Below, in pieces: positions 1 to 13,586 of a stretch of DNA of 64,000 bases. The position numbers were made by a program, and so were the translations under genes. The notes under the pieces were generated by a model. It had not been told where the DNA came from. It saw only the letters and a program-made list of their open reading frames with translations, and did not search any database. Every line of letters begins with the position of its first letter. Position 1 is the stretch's first letter. The stretch covers positions 160,001 to 224,000 of the forward strand of contig CAWFCQ010000005.1 in assembly GCA_963814375.1 (NCBI GenBank), in the 5' to 3' direction. The DNA is from an uncultured Chloroflexia bacterium (GTDB taxonomy: Bacteria; Chloroflexota; Limnocylindria; QHBO01).

Positions 1-338
1 GCATCGGCGTGGATCTCGAGGGTGGCGGTGCCGTACTCGAGCTCGTACTCGACCTCGATCGTCTCGGCCGGCAGCTTGCCGAGCTTCCGCACTGGCACGA
101 AGCCGGCCCCGAGCTGGTAGGCGAGCGGCGCCGAGAAGATGAATCCACGCGACTCCATCCCGACCACGACGTCGACCGCCGTGCCGCGCACCTGCTCGGC
201 CATCCGGTCGATCACCTCGCGGAACGCCTCCGGCTGGCGGAGGAGCGTGGTGATGTCGTAGAAGCGGATCCCCGGCTTCGGGAAGTCGGGGACCTCGCGG
301 ATGAGCGCGCGCAGGTCGTCGACGCTGGAAACGGTCAC
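1..338 (-). CDS. apt: Adenine phosphoribosyltransferase (runs off the left window edge)
   Basis: Manual translation from GTG at 338: [33 protein letters not shown]...[10 protein letters not shown]...[10 protein letters not shown], typical APRT motifs. Not in the ORF track because there is no stop in the window. Confidence 0.93.
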   Translation of the reverse strand, partial: MTVSSVDDLRALIREVPDFPKPGIRFYDITTLLRQPEAFREVIDRMAEQVRGTAVDVVVGMESRGFIFSAPLAYQLGAGFVPVRKLGKLPAETIEVEYELEYGTATLEIHAD

Positions 339-421
339 GTTCGGGAGGCACTCCGGTGGGTGGAAGGCAAACGGCGCTCGGCGAGTCTAGACCGATGCCC
401 CCGCGGGCGGCAATGCCGGGC

Positions 422-3288
<2,867 letters not shown>

Positions 3289-3552
3289 GGTCGCCTCCTT
3301 TCGTCGCCGCACGGTGCCCAGCGGGGGCCGGTGCGACATCGGTCGAAGATCGGCGCCGGACGGGTGCGCCCGTCCCGGGTCGAGAAGTAGTCCCGATTAT
3401 ACCCTCGCGCTGCGCAGGAAACCTTGACGGTGAGCGACTGAATGACCCATCGTGCTCGGCGACAGGCGCGCCGCGCGCCGCCCGCTCGAAGGAACCGAAC
3501 GACATGCAGGAAGACGAAGAACGATCTCAGACCGGCGGCGCGCAGCCGCCAG

Positions 3553-4278
3553 ATGAGCCATCAGCAGCCGGCCAGCCAGCCGGATGCCGGCGCCGCTGCG
3601 TCGGAGACCGCAGACTCGGCGTCGTCCGCCGAGCCGTGGGCGGCGAGCAGCTCATCGGCGTCAGCATCGATGGCCGACACGTCCGAGGCAGCCGACGACG
3701 CCGGGACCTCCGCCTCCTCCGCGGCCGCTGCCGAACCCGCAGCGGAAGCCGACTCGACGAGCTACGACGCAGCACCGGCCGCCGCCGCGGCTGCCGCGAG
3801 CACGCCCCCACCCCCCACGACCGTGAGCTCGGCTCCGCCGGCAGAGTCCCAGGCGCCGCGCGCCACCACGACCTCGGCTCCGGCGGCCACGGGCGAGCGG
3901 CCGATGGGCGTAACCGTCCTCGCGATCCTGGCGGCCATCGCCGGCGTGTTCGGGATCTTCGGCTCGGTGCTCCTGCTGGGCCTTGGTGGCGCGGCCGGCA
4001 TCGCGACCGGCAGCGCCGCGTTCGGCGGCCTCGTGGGTCTCATCGGCGCCGTCGCGCTCATCGTCGCGGTCGCCTACCTCGTCTTCGCCTGGGGCGCCTG
4101 GGGCCTCAAGCCGTGGGCGTGGACGCTCGGCATCGGTATCGCGGCCGTCTCGATCGTGCTCGGCCTCTTCAACATCATCAACGGCGACTTCAGCTCGTTG
4201 ATCAGCATCGCGATCGCCGGGGCGATCACGTACTACCTCTTCCAGCCGGACGTGCAGCGGGCCTTCGGTCGCGGCTGA
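3553..4278 (+). CDS. Membrane protein with an Ala/Ser/Pro-rich acidic N-terminal region and about 4 C-terminal TM helices
   Basis: ORF 3442..4278 with a hydrophobic C-terminus (RPMGVTVLAIL...KPWAW...YYLFQPDVQRAF). Start uncertain: ATG 3553, or ATG 3504 plus a frameshift. Confidence 0.75.
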   Translation: MSHQQPASQPDAGAAASETADSASSAEPWAASSSSASASMADTSEAADDAGTSASSAAAAEPAAEADSTSYDAAPAAAAAAASTPPPPTTVSSAPPAESQAPRATTTSAPAATGERPMGVTVLAILAAIAGVFGIFGSVLLLGLGGAAGIATGSAAFGGLVGLIGAVALIVAVAYLVFAWGAWGLKPWAWTLGIGIAAVSIVLGLFNIINGDFSSLISIAIAGAITYYLFQPDVQRAFGRG

Positions 4279-4295
4279 CCGCCCTCTCGTCACCC

Positions 4296-4322
4296 GGGCC
4301 GGCAGGACACTCCTGCCGGCCC
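4296..4322. terminator. Hairpin between convergent genes, probable terminator
   Basis: GGGCCGGCAGGA-cac-TCCTGCCGGCCC, perfect 12-bp stem. Confidence 0.65.
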
Positions 4323-4338
4323 TTCGAGTTTCCGCCGG

Positions 4339-7300
4339 CTACGCCGATTCCCGGCGATCTGTGAGCGCGGTGAGCGCGCGAAGCGCAACATCGATCGGGT
4401 CCGCGCCGCCCACGACCGGGATGCGCACCTGGTTCGACGCCGTCTCCGGCCGCAGCCCCGCGACCTGGAGCGCGACGCTCAGGCCATGCCGGTCGGGCAG
4501 CCGTCCGGCCCACTTCAACGTGACCTGGCGGTCCTCCGCACGGACCTCGGGCACGCCGGCCGCCTCGGCGGCGAGGCGAACGCGGACGGCGGTGAACAGC
4601 CCCTCGACCGGGGTGGGGACGGGATCCGTATCGGTCGCGAAGGTCGGTCCTCAGCGCTTCGGCGTCGGCGTCCGAGCGGAGGCCGGCGAACCGCCGATAG
4701 GACTCGAGCTTGGCGCCTGAATCGGCAATGTAGTCGTCCGGCAGGTAGGCCGATCCGGGCAGGTCGAGCCGCACCGGCGCGGGCTCCGGCGCTGGGCGCT
4801 GCCCCCGGAGGGTGTCGACCGCCTCGGCCAGCAGCCGCGTGTACATCTCGAACCCGACCGCGGCCATGAAGCCGTGCTGCTCGGCGCCGAGGATGTTGCC
4901 GGCCCCGCGGATCTCGAGGTCGCTGAGGGCGATCTGGTAGCCGGCGCCGAGATCGGAGGCGGAGAAGATCGCATGCAGGCGCTTGCGGGCTACCGGCGAG
5001 AGCGGCATCCCGCGCCGATGGAGCAGGTAGGCGTGGGCGCGGCGGTCGGAGCGGCCGACCCGCCCGCGGAGCTGGTAGAGCTGGGCCAGGCCGAAGGTGT
5101 CGGCGCGAACGATCACGATGGTGTTCGCATTCGGGATGTCGAGCCCGGACTCGATGATCGTGGTGCACACCAGCACGTCGAACCGACCGTCGCTGAAGTC
5201 GAGCATCACCCGCTCGAGCATCCCCTCCGCCATCTGGCCGTGGCCGATGGCAATCCGTGCGGCGGGGACGAGACGCCGCACGCGCTCGGCGGCGGCCTCG
5301 ATCGTCTCGACCCGGTTGTGGACGTAGAAGACCTGGCCGCCACGGTCGATCTCGCGGCTGATCGCATCGCGGACGAGGCCGTCGTCGTCCTCGGCGATCC
5401 GCGTCTGGATCGGCAGCCGCGCCTCCGGTGGTGTCTCGATGACCGACAGGTCGCGGATGCCGACGAGACTGAGATGGAGGGTGCGCGGGATCGGCGTGGC
5501 CGAGAGGGTCAGGACGTCGACCTCGCGCCGCATCGCCTTGATGCGCTCCTTGTGCGACACGCCGAAGCGCTGCTCCTCGTCGACCACGAGGAGCCCGAGA
5601 TCCGCGAATGCGATGTCCTTCGAGAGGATCCGATGCGTCCCGATCAGGATGTCGACCGACCCCTCGGCCACCGCCGATGACGATGCCGTCCTGCTGCCGC
5701 TTCGGCACGAAGCGGCTGAGCATCGCGACCTCGACCGGGAAGGCCGCGAGCCGTCGCTGGAAGGTGAGCAGGTGCTGCTGCGCGAGCACGGTCGTCGGCA
5801 CCAGGACCGCCACCTGCTTGCCGTCCTGGATCGCCTTGAAGGCGGCGCGCAGGGCGACCTCCGTCTTGCCGTAGCCGACGTCGCCCACCACCAGCCGATC
5901 CATCGGGCGGCGGCGGAGCATGTCGGCCTTCACCTCCTCGATGCTGCGTGCCTGGTCCGGCGTCTCGGTGTACGGGAAGCTCTCCTCCAGCTCGCGCTGC
6001 CAAGTCGTGTCGCCAGTGAAGGCGAAGCCGGGCGCCGACTCGCGCGCCGCGTAGATCTCGATCAGCTCGCGCGCCAGGTCCCCGACCGCGCGACGGACGC
6101 GCCGCTTCGTCCGCTCCCACTCCGTGCCGCCGAGCTTGCTCAGCCCAGGAGCCGGACCGCCGGCGTAGCGGGTGATGCGCCCGATCTGGTCGGCGGGCAG
6201 GAAGATCTTGTCCGTCCCGGCGAAGTCGAGCTGGAGGTACTCCTTGACGTCGCTGCCGAACGTCCGCTGCGTCATCCCGGCGTACCGGGCAATGCCATGG
6301 TCGACATGAACGACGTGGTCGCCGGGCGCCAGCTTGCCGATGAGGTCGCGCGTGACGACGCGCTTCCCGCCGGTCAGGCGGCGCACCCGCGTCGCTCCGA
6401 ACAGCTCATGGTCGGTGAGCACCAGCAGCCCGCTCGGCTCGTGCGCGAATCCGCCGGTCAACGAGCCGTGGACGAGGCCGATCTGGCCTTCATCCGGCGC
6501 CTGGCGCAGCTCGGCCGTTGGGCCGACGGGCTTGCCCGCTTCCTCGAGCAGCTCCCCCACCCGGCTGGCCTGGTCGGTGGTCACGACCACGCGGCGGCCC
6601 GCCGCGGCGAGCTCGGCCAGCCACGCGCCCGCCCGATCGGCGCGTCCCGGCAGCGGCGGCGCGGGTGCGTAGCCGATCGAGGATTCCACCTGCTCCTCCA
6701 GCGACTCGGCGGCGCGATCGATCAGCGCGTCGAGCGTCGAGCGGGCCTCGTACGGCAGCGGCCAGTCGGGCGGAAGCTCGCCCGCGCGCGACAGGCCGGC
6801 GCGACGATCGGCCGCCTGCCCGTCGAGGTCCGCGGCGAGGGACCGCAGCTCCTCCCGGTCGGTCAGGACGAGATGCGCCGTCGCGCCGATGTGGTCGGCG
6901 GCCGGTCCGGCGGTCAGCAGCGCTGCCCATGTCTCTGCCGACTCACCGATGTCTCCCTGGGCAAGTCGGGAGGCATCCTCGCGCAGGAGGTCGGTCGAGA
7001 GGTGCGCGCTGGTGGTCATCGCCTCCCAGCCGGACTCCGGCAGGAACTCGGATGCGGGAGCAAGGTCCACGCCCTCGAGGCGCCGCCGCGATCCCTGGGT
7101 CATCGCGTCGAAGCTGCGAATCGATTCGACCTCGTCGCCGAAGAGCTCGATGCGCACCGGGTCGGAGGCGCCGGGCGGCCAGGCGTCGATCAGCCCGCCG
7201 CGATGCGCGAACTCGCCGATGCCGGTCACCTCGACGCTCGGCTCGTAGCCGCCGGCCACGAGCCGCTCGAGAAGGTCGTGCTGGGCAGTCCGTTCGCCCA

Positions 7301-7730
7301 CCCGAACCGAGGTGCGGGCCGCGCTCAGCTGGTCAGGGCCAAGCGTCCGCTGCGCCCACGCCAGCAGCGAGCCCACGACGACGAGCCCATGTGGCGATGC
7401 ACCCAGCTCGGCCAGGACCGATAGCCGCTCTGCCGACTCGTCATGCTCCGGCAGCGCCCGCTCGAGCGGCAGCGCGGCCCGCTCGGGAAGGATGCGGAGG
7501 TGCGCTCCGCCCGTCCACGCCACGAGGTCGTCCGCCAGGCGATGCGCCTCCTCATCGGTCCGTGCCACAACGACGAACGACCGCGTCCGGGCCACCGACG
7601 CCCGGCGCGACGCGATGTGCGCGGCTCGCGCCGCGGCGGGCACACGAAGGACGCCCGATTCCGGCAGATGGGGCCGAAGGGCGTCGACGAGCGCTGCAAC
7701 ACGGCGATCACCGCCGCGTGAGGAGGGCAT
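4339..7730 (-). CDS. mfd: Transcription-repair coupling factor Mfd (frameshifts near 5672 and 4618)
   Basis: Split over ORFs 4515..7730, 4226..5671 and 4339..4554. Motifs VHVDHGIARY, GDVGYGKTEVA, DEEQRFGV, LYQLRGRVGR, DLEIRGAGNILG. Confidence 0.95.
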
Positions 7731-7742
7731 GCCGGAGCAATG

Positions 7743-8321
7743 CTAGCCGTCGAGCTCGAACCCGTTGAACGCGTTCATCGCGGCCTCGATGCCTTCGGCG
7801 AGCCACCGCTCGGCGGCGTCGGCGCCGACCTGGACCATCTCGGTCGCAGAGTCACGCTCGTCGGGACGGAATGTCGCGAGCACGTGGCGCGCCGCGGTGC
7901 CCGAACGGCCGACGCCGATCCGCAGCCGGCTGAACTCGTCGGTCCCGAAGGCCTCGATGATCGAGCGAAGGCCATTGTGGCCGCCGGCAGAGCCGGAGCG
8001 GCGGAGCCGAATGCGGCCGAGCGGCAGGTCGATATCGTCGGCCACCACCAGCAGGTCGCTGGTGACCTCGACATCGGTCTGGCGCAGGGCGGCACGGAGC
8101 GGCCCGCCGGACAGGTTCATGAATCGCTGCGGCTTGACCAGCAGCACGCGACCCGTGGGCTCCGGCCGTCGTGCGTCGAGCAGCGCGGCGCCGTCGCGGA
8201 TGAGGCCCTGCCCGGTCAGCCCCCATCGGTCGGCGAGCAGGTCGACGACCCTGAAGCCGACGTTGTGGCGCGTGAGCCGGAAGCGCTCGCCAGGGTTGCC
8301 GAGCCCGCAGATCACCTTCAT
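7743..8321 (-). CDS. pth: Peptidyl-tRNA hydrolase
   Basis: GLGNPG, TRHNVGF, KPQRFMNLSG, GGHNGLRS, RLRIGVG. Confidence 0.96.
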   Translation of the reverse strand: MKVICGLGNPGERFRLTRHNVGFRVVDLLADRWGLTGQGLIRDGAALLDARRPEPTGRVLLVKPQRFMNLSGGPLRAALRQTDVEVTSDLLVVADDIDLPLGRIRLRRSGSAGGHNGLRSIIEAFGTDEFSRLRIGVGRSGTAARHVLATFRPDERDSATEMVQVGADAAERWLAEGIEAAMNAFNGFELDG

Positions 8322-8361
8322 GCGCGCCCGATGCTACCGGGCCGCTTCCTGCGCCGATGCG

Positions 8362-8913
8362 TCAGGCGCGCTCGTACGCCTCCCGCAGCCACCCCAGCAG
8401 CTCGGCATCCAGCTCGCCGGCGTCGTCGATCCGGACCCGATGCGTGGCCATCCCGCTCGTCGGCCTCAGGCGGTCGGTGCCCGGATGCCCCGGCAGGTTG
8501 ACGCCTACTTCGAGCTGGCCCGCCGCCGGCCCGACCTGGCCGAACTGCTTCCGCCGACGCAGGCTGACGTAGGTCTTCTTCGGCGCGAGCTCGATGTCGT
8601 CTCCGAACGTGCCGACCGCCGTCACCACGGCGTCGTACGCCGGGCGCAGATGGGCGTGCCGGCCGGTGTAGTGGCTGGCGATGAGCTCGTCCTCGGTGGC
8701 CGCGCCGCCGGCGGCGGCCTCACGCGCCTTGATGACGATGAGGTTGGCGTTGCCATGCCCGAGCCCATGCTCGGTCTTCAGCATCGCCACCGCCTCACCG
8801 TGCTTCTCGATCCCCGACGCGCGGACGATGTCGATCCACTCGGCCAGCGATCGTCCGCTGCTTCGTTCGATGTTCGCGATCTGGTTGTTCATCTGATCGT
8901 CGATCGTCGGCAT
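8362..8913 (-). CDS. DUF4287/DUF5655 domain protein
   Basis: NIERSSGRSLAEW...LKTEHGLGHGNANL, then PKKTYVSLRRRKQF...WLREAYERA. GGAGG RBS. Confidence 0.8.
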   Translation of the reverse strand: MPTIDDQMNNQIANIERSSGRSLAEWIDIVRASGIEKHGEAVAMLKTEHGLGHGNANLIVIKAREAAAGGAATEDELIASHYTGRHAHLRPAYDAVVTAVGTFGDDIELAPKKTYVSLRRRKQFGQVGPAAGQLEVGVNLPGHPGTDRLRPTSGMATHRVRIDDAGELDAELLGWLREAYERA

Positions 8914-9016
8914 GTTGCCTCCCTCTGCTTCGGCCGAGCCATGCGCGCTCGTGTGAGGGCGACGACCGGGGCTGCGCCGCCATCGACAAATCTCGTTGGC
9001 GACTATCCTCCGCCGC

Positions 9017-10189
9017 GTGCAGCCTCGACATCATGCCCCGCCGACCGCTGACGTCGTGGTCATCGGTGGCGGCATCATCGGCTGCTCGGCGGCGGCGATC
9101 ATGGCCGACCGCGGTGCGCGCGTCGTTGTCGTCGAGCGCACCGCCATCGGCGCCGGTGCGTCGGGCCGCAACCTTGGCGCGATCCAGCATCCCTTCGACC
9201 CCGTGCTGGCGGGCCTCTACGTCGAAAGCCTTGCCCGCTACCAGGCGCTGGCCGGGATCACCTCGACCGACTTCTCGATCGATCCGACGCCAGCAGGGCT
9301 CCTGCTGCTCGATGGCTCGCCGGAGGCCGCCGCGGCGCAGGCGGATCGCATCGGCGCTGCCTTCCCCGAGCTTGAGCCCGAGCTCCTCTCGGCCGATGAG
9401 GTCCAGCGGCTCGAACCGCTCCTCGCCCACGGACCGTCGGGGATCCGGCTCGCCACCGGCTACCCCGTGCCACCGGCCGCGGCAACCGCGGCGTGGGCAA
9501 CGCTCGCCGACGAGCGTGGCGCGGCGTTCGTCGTCGGATCGGAGGCGCGCCCACGGATCGAGGGGGAGCGGGTGGTGGGCGTCGAGCTCGGCAACGGTGA
9601 GGCGGTCGACGCGCCCGCGGTGCTCGTGGCGGCCGGCCCGTGGACGCCCGCGCTGGTTGATCCGTCCGGCGCATGGCAACCGATACGCTCGACCTGGGGT
9701 GTGACGCTCCAGCTGCGTCTCGACGGCGCTGCGCCGCGCCACATCATCGAGGAGGACGAGGTCGACGGGGTGAACCGGGCGGCCGCCGCAACCGCCCGCG
9801 CCGCCGAGGCAGAGGCCGCCGCAGAGGAGCCGCCGTCGCTGTTCACCCTGGCCAGCGCGGGCGGGATCAGCACGCTGGGCTCGACGTTCCTGGCCACGGA
9901 GCCAGACCCGACCGTGATCGAGCCGATCCTGCTTCGCCGCGCCATGGCGTTCCTGCCCTCGATCCGCGAGGCGACGCTGGTCGGCAGCCGCGTCTGCGCC
10001 CGACCGCAGTCGGTCGACGGGCGGCCGTTCATCGGTGCGGTGCCGATGGCCGACGGGCTGTACGTGTGTGCCGGCCACGGCCCTTGGGGCATCAGCACAG
10101 GCCCGGCGTCGGCGGCGATGGCCGCCCGCGCGGTCCTCGACGAGACCCGTCCGCCGCCGGAGCTGGCAGCCTCGCGCACCGTCACCTAG
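9017..10189 (+). CDS. FAD-dependent oxidoreductase (DAO/glycine oxidase family)
   Basis: DVVVIGGGIIG, GASGRNLG, AAGPW, RPQSVDGRPFIG, GHGPWGIS. Start placed at GTG 9017, 7 nt after TATCCT. Confidence 0.88.
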   Translation: MQPRHHAPPTADVVVIGGGIIGCSAAAIMADRGARVVVVERTAIGAGASGRNLGAIQHPFDPVLAGLYVESLARYQALAGITSTDFSIDPTPAGLLLLDGSPEAAAAQADRIGAAFPELEPELLSADEVQRLEPLLAHGPSGIRLATGYPVPPAAATAAWATLADERGAAFVVGSEARPRIEGERVVGVELGNGEAVDAPAVLVAAGPWTPALVDPSGAWQPIRSTWGVTLQLRLDGAAPRHIIEEDEVDGVNRAAAATARAAEAEAAAEEPPSLFTLASAGGISTLGSTFLATEPDPTVIEPILLRRAMAFLPSIREATLVGSRVCARPQSVDGRPFIGAVPMADGLYVCAGHGPWGISTGPASAAMAARAVLDETRPPPELAASRTVT

Positions 10190-10334
10190 CTACGGTCTGC
10201 GCCTGCCCCGCTGCAGTTGTGCAATCTGCATAGTGGTCGGCGACGACCATCCGGGTTGATGGGGCTGTATCGGCGCGAATCGGCTCTTAGGCTACCTGCA
10301 CAAGCGAACCCATCACGCGCAGGAGCCCAACACG

Positions 10335-11567
10335 ATGTCCGAGATCAGCGCCGGCGACACTGCCTGGGTCCTGATGAGCGCCGCGCTCGTCATGCTCATG
10401 ACCCCCGGCCTCGCCCTCTTCTACGGCGGGCTCGTGCGCCGCAAGAACGTGCTCTCCACGATCATGCACAGCTTCTTCATCCTCGGGCTCGTCAGCGTCA
10501 CCTGGGTGCTGTGGGGCTACACGCTCGCGTTCGGCCCGGACACCGGGCTCGGCCTCATCGGCGGGTTCGAGTGGCTGGCGCTCGAGGGCGTCACCGGCGA
10601 GCCGTCCTCCGTCTACGCCACGACGGTCCCCCACCTCGCCTTCATGGCGTTCCAGATGATGTTCGCGATCATCACGCCGGCCCTCATCACCGGCGCCTTC
10701 GCCGAGCGCAAGCGCTTCAAGGCCTTCGTCATCTTCGCCGTCGCCTGGTCGACGCTGGTGTACGCGCCGATCGCCCACTGGGTCTGGTCGCCTGACGGCT
10801 GGCTCTTCGATCTCGGCGTGCTCGACTTCGCCGGCGGCACCGTCGTCCACCTGTCGAGCGGCGTCGCGGCGCTGGTGGCCGCGCTGTTCATCGGCCGCCG
10901 GTCCGGCCTGATCGAGCCCGCCACCGAGCCGCACGACGTGCCGATGACGATCCTCGGCGCCGGGCTGCTGTGGTTCGGCTGGTTCGGCTTCAACGCCGGC
11001 TCGGCGCTCGGCGCGAACGGGCTCGCCGCCACCGCCTTCGTCACCACCAACACCGCCGCCGCCATGGCCGCCATCACCTGGGTCACCCTGTCGTGGCTCC
11101 ACCGCGGCACGCCGTCGGTGGTCGGTGCGGCGATCGGCGCCGTCGCCGGCCTGGTTGCCATCACGCCGGCCGCCGGCTACGTCTCGCCCGCCGCCTCGGT
11201 GATCATCGGCTTCGGGGTCGGGGCCGCGTGCTACGGCGCATCCCTGCTCCGGCTGCGCTCGCGCGTCGACGACGCCCTCGACGTCTTCTCCATCCACGGC
11301 GTGGGAGGCGCGCTCGGCGCCCTCGCGACCGGCATCTTCGCGACGACCGCCATCAACGCGGCCGGCGTCGACGGCCTCCTCGCCGGCAATCCGTCCCAGC
11401 TGCTCACCCAGGCGTTCGGCGTCGCCGTCGTCGGGGCCTACTCCGCGGTCGCGACCGCCGGGATCCTGTTCGTCGTCAACCTCGTCACGCCGATCCGCGT
11501 CGCCGGCGACGTCGAGGAGACCGGCCTGGACCTCGCCCAGCACGGCGAGATCGCCTACCAGCCCTGA
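10335..11567 (+). CDS. amtB: Ammonium transporter
   Basis: LMTPGLALFYGG, FQMMFAIIT, DFAGGTVVH, LWFGWFGFNAGS, DDALDVFSIHG, GLDLAQHGE. AGGAG RBS. Confidence 0.96.
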   Translation: MSEISAGDTAWVLMSAALVMLMTPGLALFYGGLVRRKNVLSTIMHSFFILGLVSVTWVLWGYTLAFGPDTGLGLIGGFEWLALEGVTGEPSSVYATTVPHLAFMAFQMMFAIITPALITGAFAERKRFKAFVIFAVAWSTLVYAPIAHWVWSPDGWLFDLGVLDFAGGTVVHLSSGVAALVAALFIGRRSGLIEPATEPHDVPMTILGAGLLWFGWFGFNAGSALGANGLAATAFVTTNTAAAMAAITWVTLSWLHRGTPSVVGAAIGAVAGLVAITPAAGYVSPAASVIIGFGVGAACYGASLLRLRSRVDDALDVFSIHGVGGALGALATGIFATTAINAAGVDGLLAGNPSQLLTQAFGVAVVGAYSAVATAGILFVVNLVTPIRVAGDVEETGLDLAQHGEIAYQP

Positions 11568-11593
11568 TCCGTACTCCAGAGGAGAACGAACCG

Positions 11594-11734
11594 ATGGTCA
11601 TCGCCGCACTCATCTGCTTCGCAACACTGCTGATCGCATGGATCCTCGCTCCGGAGGAGCGGGCGTCGTCCCGCCCGGTGGCGACGATCGAGGCGGAGCC
11701 CGTCGAGGCCGAGTCGCTTCCCGTCGCCGCCTGA
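11594..11734 (+). CDS. Small single-pass membrane protein (46 aa)
   Basis: GAGGAG RBS. MVIAALICFATLLIAWILAPEERASSRPVATIEAEPVEAESLPVAA, starting 26 nt after the amtB stop. Confidence 0.65.
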   Translation: MVIAALICFATLLIAWILAPEERASSRPVATIEAEPVEAESLPVAA

Positions 11735-11741
11735 GAAGCGG

Positions 11742-12332
11742 TCAGCTGCCGGTCGTCACCGCGTGGCCGGCGCGATCGAAGAGCGAACCGGGCTGCCATG
11801 CGATATCGCGGTGGCGCCGGTGCAGGATGCCGAGCACCTGGTGCTCGAGCGATCGCATGCGCTCCTCCTCGTCGATCTCGGCATGATCGTGCCCGAGAAG
11901 GTGGAGCGTCCCGTGGATCGCGAGCAGGACGAGCTCCTCGGTGACGCCCCAGTCGCCCTCGGCCGCCTGACGCAGCGCCTGATCGAGGTCGATCACCACG
12001 TCACCGAGGAGAAGCGGTCCGGGTGGGGAGACGCCGTCGTCATCGGTCAGGTGGCTGAGCCGGTCGCCGTCGAGGGACCACTCGTGGAGCGGGAAGGAGA
12101 GGACGTCGGTCGGCCCGCGCTCGCCCATGTGGTCGAAGTTGAGCCGCTCCATCTCGGCGTCGGCGGCGATGGTCAGCTCGACCTCGCTCGCAACCTTGCC
12201 GAGGGCGGTGTGCACCGTCTCGCAGACGGCTGACTCGAGCAGCGCCACCGCGACGTCGACCTCCAGGGGCTCGACCGCCTGCCCGATGCGATCGCGACCG
12301 ATCCGATCATGGAGGGTGACACTGCAGACCAT
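11742..12332 (-). CDS. ybeY: rRNA maturation RNase YbeY
   Basis: PTDVLSFP, LLGDVVI, IHGTLHLLGHDH metal motif. Confidence 0.92.
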   Translation of the reverse strand: MVCSVTLHDRIGRDRIGQAVEPLEVDVAVALLESAVCETVHTALGKVASEVELTIAADAEMERLNFDHMGERGPTDVLSFPLHEWSLDGDRLSHLTDDDGVSPPGPLLLGDVVIDLDQALRQAAEGDWGVTEELVLLAIHGTLHLLGHDHAEIDEEERMRSLEHQVLGILHRRHRDIAWQPGSLFDRAGHAVTTGS

Positions 12333-12400
12333 GAGACGCCCATCGTAGTCTCCCGATGCGCGGCGGCTCAAGGTCCAGCCCGATCCGCCATATTGGATCG

Positions 12401-13586
12401 ATGCGACACATCGACGACGCGGAGCGCCGCGCACGCATCGCACAGCGGCACGGCATCGCGCCGGGGCGGCGCCTCCCCGACATCCTGGCCGCGACCGAGG
12501 CGATGACCGTGCTGCACGCGACCGAGCACGCCACGGTGTACCTGTCGCTGGCGGCGCGGGTCGAGGGCTTGCGCGTCACCGATGTCGACGCGGCCCTGTA
12601 CGAGGACCGCAGCCTCGTCAAGCAGCTCGCCATGCGGCGCACGCTGTTCGCGTTCCCACGGGCCCTGCTGGGTGCGGCGCTCGGCAGCGCCTCCGCCCGC
12701 GTGGCCGAGCAGGAGCGCCGGCGGCTCGCCAAGGCCGTGGTCCTCTCCGGGATCTCGGAGGATGGCGAGGCATGGCTGGAAGCGGCCTGCGCGGCCATCC
12801 TCGAGCGGCTCGCATCCGGTGACGCCATCGGCATGCGCGAGCTGCGCGCGTCGGTGCCAATGGTCGCAGGCACCGTGACGTCCTCGCCGGGCAGCCGATG
12901 GGGTGGCGAGGCCCCGATCGCGCCACGGCTCGTCACCTACCTCGGCGCGCTGGGCCTCGTCGCGCGCGGCCGGAATGCCGGGCACTGGAGGATCGCGCGC
13001 CCGACCTGGACGCTCATGTCGCGCTGGCTGGACGAGCCGCCGGCACCAGCATCGGCGGGAGACGGCTATGCCGAGCTCGTGCGCCGATGGCTGCAGGACG
13101 TTCGGGCCGGGGACCGAGGAAGACGTGCGGTGGTGGCTGGGCGGCACGCTCGGTGCCGTGCGGGGTGCCCTCGCGGAGGTTGAGGCCGTGCAGGTCTCGC
13201 TGGACGGCGGCGGAACGGGCTGGGTGCTGCCCGACGATGTCGAGCCCGTCGCCGGCGACGAGCCGTGGGCCGCGCTGCTCCCGGTGCTCGACGCGACGAC
13301 CATGGGATGGAAGGAGCGTGGCTTCTACCTCGGGTCGTACGCGCCGCAGCTGTTCGACAGTGTCGGCAACGGTGGCACGACGGCGTGGTGGAACGGGCGC
13401 ATCGTGGGCTGCTGGATCCAGGATCCCGATGCATCGGTCCGCGTGGTCCTGCTCGAGGATGTCTCCGCCGACGCGAGGCGTGCCCTCCAGGTGGAGGCCG
13501 ATCGGCTGACCGCGTGGCTCGACGGGGTGCAGATCGCGACCGTCTACAGCGCGGCGGCGATGCGGGCGGCGCGCTCGGAGGGCTAG
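12401..13586 (+). CDS. AlkZ-like (HTH_42) DNA glycosylase family protein (frameshift near 13098)
   Basis: ORFs 12356..13183 and 12903..13586. LHATE..TVYLSLAAR, MRRTLF, FGPGT..DVRWW, ALLPVLD..TMGWKER, WWNGRIVGCW. Confidence 0.85.
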
